From positions 390,001 through 422,000 of the forward strand of contig NZ_CP025989.1 of the NCBI RefSeq assembly GCF_003072485.1: a stretch of DNA of 32,000 nt, in the 5' to 3' direction. The DNA is from Candidatus Fokinia solitaria. Its GTDB lineage: Bacteria; Pseudomonadota; Alphaproteobacteria; Rickettsiales; Midichloriaceae. Each line of letters opens with the position of its first letter. Position 1 is the first letter of the stretch. The position numbers were made by a program, and so were the translations under genes. Below, piece by piece: positions 30,006 to 32,000 of this stretch. Under the pieces are notes generated by a model. That model saw nothing but the letters and a program-made list of their open reading frames with translations, did not search any database and was not told the origin of the DNA.

Positions 30006-30389
30006 TTATTTTATTTCTACAGTACAACCAGCAGTTTTTAGTGTATTTGCAAATCCTTCTGCTTCCTGCTTAGTTACATCGCTTCTAAGAACTTTCGCGC
30101 CTCCTGATGTAAGTTCATCAGCAATCGCCTTAGCTGCAACGAGACCATCAAGCGCACCGACTTCTTTAATTGCTTTCATTGCATCCATCCTCTTATTAGG
30201 ATCTATTGCAGTAATAATCACATCAAAAGCTGTCTTTTCCTGCGCTTCTGCAGCAGGTGCCGCTGCACTAGCAGCAACCGCAACAGGCGCTGCAGCGGAA
30301 ACTCCCCAAGCTTCCTCTAAATCTTTTACCAAAGTCGCGATTTCAGCAACAGACAATTCTGAAAGAGTCTTTATCAAATCGTTTTTCAT
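30006..30389 (-). CDS. rplL: 50S ribosomal protein L7/L12 (divergent C-terminal domain)
   Basis: MKNDLIKTLSELSVAEIATLVKDLEEAWGVSAAAPVAVAASAAAPAAEAQEKTAFDVIITAI; ends AGCTVEIK. Start moved from 30422 to the internal Met. Confidence 0.87.
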   Translation of the reverse strand: MKNDLIKTLSELSVAEIATLVKDLEEAWGVSAAAPVAVAASAAAPAAEAQEKTAFDVIITAIDPNKRMDAMKAIKEVGALDGLVAAKAIADELTSGGAKVLRSDVTKQEAEGFANTLKTAGCTVEIK

Positions 30390-30512
30390 AACGTTACTAT
30401 GGAAATTACAATTAAAAGTCATGTATTAACGATAGTAACATACAACACGTTATGGCGAAAAGCTATTGAAAATTACACTAATCTCAGAGAAATCGCAGAT
30501 TGTTATAAACAA

Positions 30513-30803
30513 TTAAACGCTTTTTGAATTTTTAGCTAAATTCAGCATCACAGCATGTTTCACACTCTTTGCACTATGCATGTTTAAGTAATGCACTACA
30601 ACGCTATCCTGCTCTTTGCCATACATTTGGATCATACCAAACCCTGGTATTGACACAGTTGCGTACGACATTACAGCGCCCATTATATTTCTACAGAAAG
30701 AATCCCATATCTTATATGCATCATTCTTAGTGATGTTATGCTCTCTCATAAGCGCTTCTACCACTTTTTGAGAATGCATTACATTTTCTATCTCTACGTT
30801 CAT
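30513..30803 (-). CDS. Probable HU/IHF-family DNA-binding protein, divergent
   Basis: 96-aa ORF; helical N-half then TVSIPGFGMIQM, matching the HU-family V.IPGFG.F pattern; C-half weakly conserved. Confidence 0.55.
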   Translation of the reverse strand: MNVEIENVMHSQKVVEALMREHNITKNDAYKIWDSFCRNIMGAVMSYATVSIPGFGMIQMYGKEQDSVVVHYLNMHSAKSVKHAVMLNLAKNSKSV

Positions 30804-30951
30804 ACAGAAAAAACTTTACTTATCTACGTTTATACGGACTATATATACACTATTTAGTGCAAAATACCAATATATCCGATAAAAAAAAGTACATCTAATA
30901 TGTAGGAAATATAAAATTAAACTATCTTATTTGCCTGAAAAAGTAATACCT

Positions 30952-31992
30952 TTATTTTGTGCGCACAAGATTTTTATTTGCTTCATTAGCTATTATGTTT
31001 AATTGCTTATCCTGTTTTGTTATACGTGCCAAATCTTCCACTACTTTTTTGAAATCATTACTTGTTATCGTTGTTTGTGTGTTTGAATCTTTTTTCGTCC
31101 CAAAAATCTTTGCTGCTGCTGCATCGCCCATCATCTCAAATGAAGGCATAGGTACTTCATAACCTTTTATCTCCGGAGAAGACTTTGTTGCGTTTGGAAG
31201 CGTATTACTTTTACCCAAATAGCGCGATGTTACTTTCTTAATTATGTGTAAAGCAAGAAATCCAGCCCCCATAAGTATTGCAGCGTGTGGTAAAAACTTC
31301 ATATTTCCTAACAATTTTGTCATCGATAGTGCTTTTAAACCGACATATAAGCCTCCTACCGTTGCTGCAGCACTTACTCCTGTTACGGCATATTTCATTG
31401 CCATTGCACCTGTACGTTTAGCTCTACTGTTTTCATATTCTATGATGCATGGTGATACAGGAGATTGATTTGGAGAATACTGCTTAGTGCTACATATTTC
31501 TGCAGCAGCAGCAGTTTTTGCCATATTTTCAGGATCATTAATCTGTAATAGCATGGCTACTCGTGGTATATCGACAGGAGCAATATCAGCAGAGTTAAGA
31601 GAGATTGTTGTTACTGTTCCATTTCCTGAGACAGTATCTTGTAATTCTTGATATTTCTCACTGAGCGAAAGTGGTTTCTTTAGCGAAGAGAGTGTATTAC
31701 TACCTCCGGATAATGTGTTTGCATCGGTATAATTAAGAGGACTAGAGTGTACAGATTTCTTACATTTTTCTACATTACTATTAACTGTATTATAAAATTC
31801 CTGTAATTTTGGATTTTTAAGCAGTTCATCTTTATTTGGGCTTGTATCGGGAATTGTATAGAGTAATTTATTCAGTAGTACGTGAGAATAATATGCGAGT
31901 AAGCCATTACTTATAGCACTTTTTGAATCAGTACCTGGTGCAGGTTGTAACGAGTTATATTCCTTCGTTACATTATCGATCATCTGATTCAA
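30952..31992 (-). CDS. Hypothetical membrane-associated protein (346 aa, start close to the right window edge)
   Basis: ORF with hydrophobic segments YAVTGVSAAATVGGLYVGL and FLPHAAILMGAGFLALHII, Ser/Thr/Asn-rich elsewhere; N-terminus could extend beyond the window. Confidence 0.5.
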   Translation of the reverse strand: MNQMIDNVTKEYNSLQPAPGTDSKSAISNGLLAYYSHVLLNKLLYTIPDTSPNKDELLKNPKLQEFYNTVNSNVEKCKKSVHSSPLNYTDANTLSGGSNTLSSLKKPLSLSEKYQELQDTVSGNGTVTTISLNSADIAPVDIPRVAMLLQINDPENMAKTAAAAEICSTKQYSPNQSPVSPCIIEYENSRAKRTGAMAMKYAVTGVSAAATVGGLYVGLKALSMTKLLGNMKFLPHAAILMGAGFLALHIIKKVTSRYLGKSNTLPNATKSSPEIKGYEVPMPSFEMMGDAAAAKIFGTKKDSNTQTTITSNDFKKVVEDLARITKQDKQLNIIANEANKNLVRTK

Positions 31993-32000
31993 AGTCTCAA

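Noticed and set aside
29983-30429. 148-aa plus-strand ORF
   Set aside because: Exactly antisense to rplL; the Ala/Ser-rich translation mirrors the L7/L12 hinge codons.

Overview
This is an AT-rich, mostly housekeeping bacterial chromosome segment. The gene content (rpoD-dnaG, SecA, CtpA-YebC, YgfZ, MurF, PBP1A, RpsO-Pnp) fits an obligate-intracellular alphaproteobacterium of the Rickettsiales type. That assignment is inference, since I could run no search. Recognisable genes: greA, rpsE, a proline-tRNA ligase of the archaeal/eukaryotic-like class, ctpA, yebC, tRNA-Ile(GAT), an alpha/beta-hydrolase esterase, ygfZ, secA, murF, rpsO, pnp, a class A PBP, a GST/SspA-like protein, dnaG, rpoD, rplL and an HU-like protein. 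The left ~7 kb is accessory. It holds a 676-aa protein with an HELMH zincin-type motif and a Gln-rich tail, and an 807-aa protein combining pentapeptide repeats with a hydrophobic C-terminal region. It also holds a small-protein family present twice in divergent orientation: a 172-aa ORF at 2453..2971, and a paralogue cut by the left window edge (<1..161) that is absent from the supplied ORF track. The start regions of the two divergent units (about 138..220 and 2948..3028) match each other. This implies a duplicated divergent gene pair whose second large partner is degraded, and it is the best candidate for an undescribed system. Other notable points are rpsE and rplL lying outside their usual ribosomal clusters, a strongly altered L7/L12 C-terminal core, a non-canonical ProRS class for this kind of genome, and a 33-bp (11-aa) tandem repeat in a coiled-coil protein.
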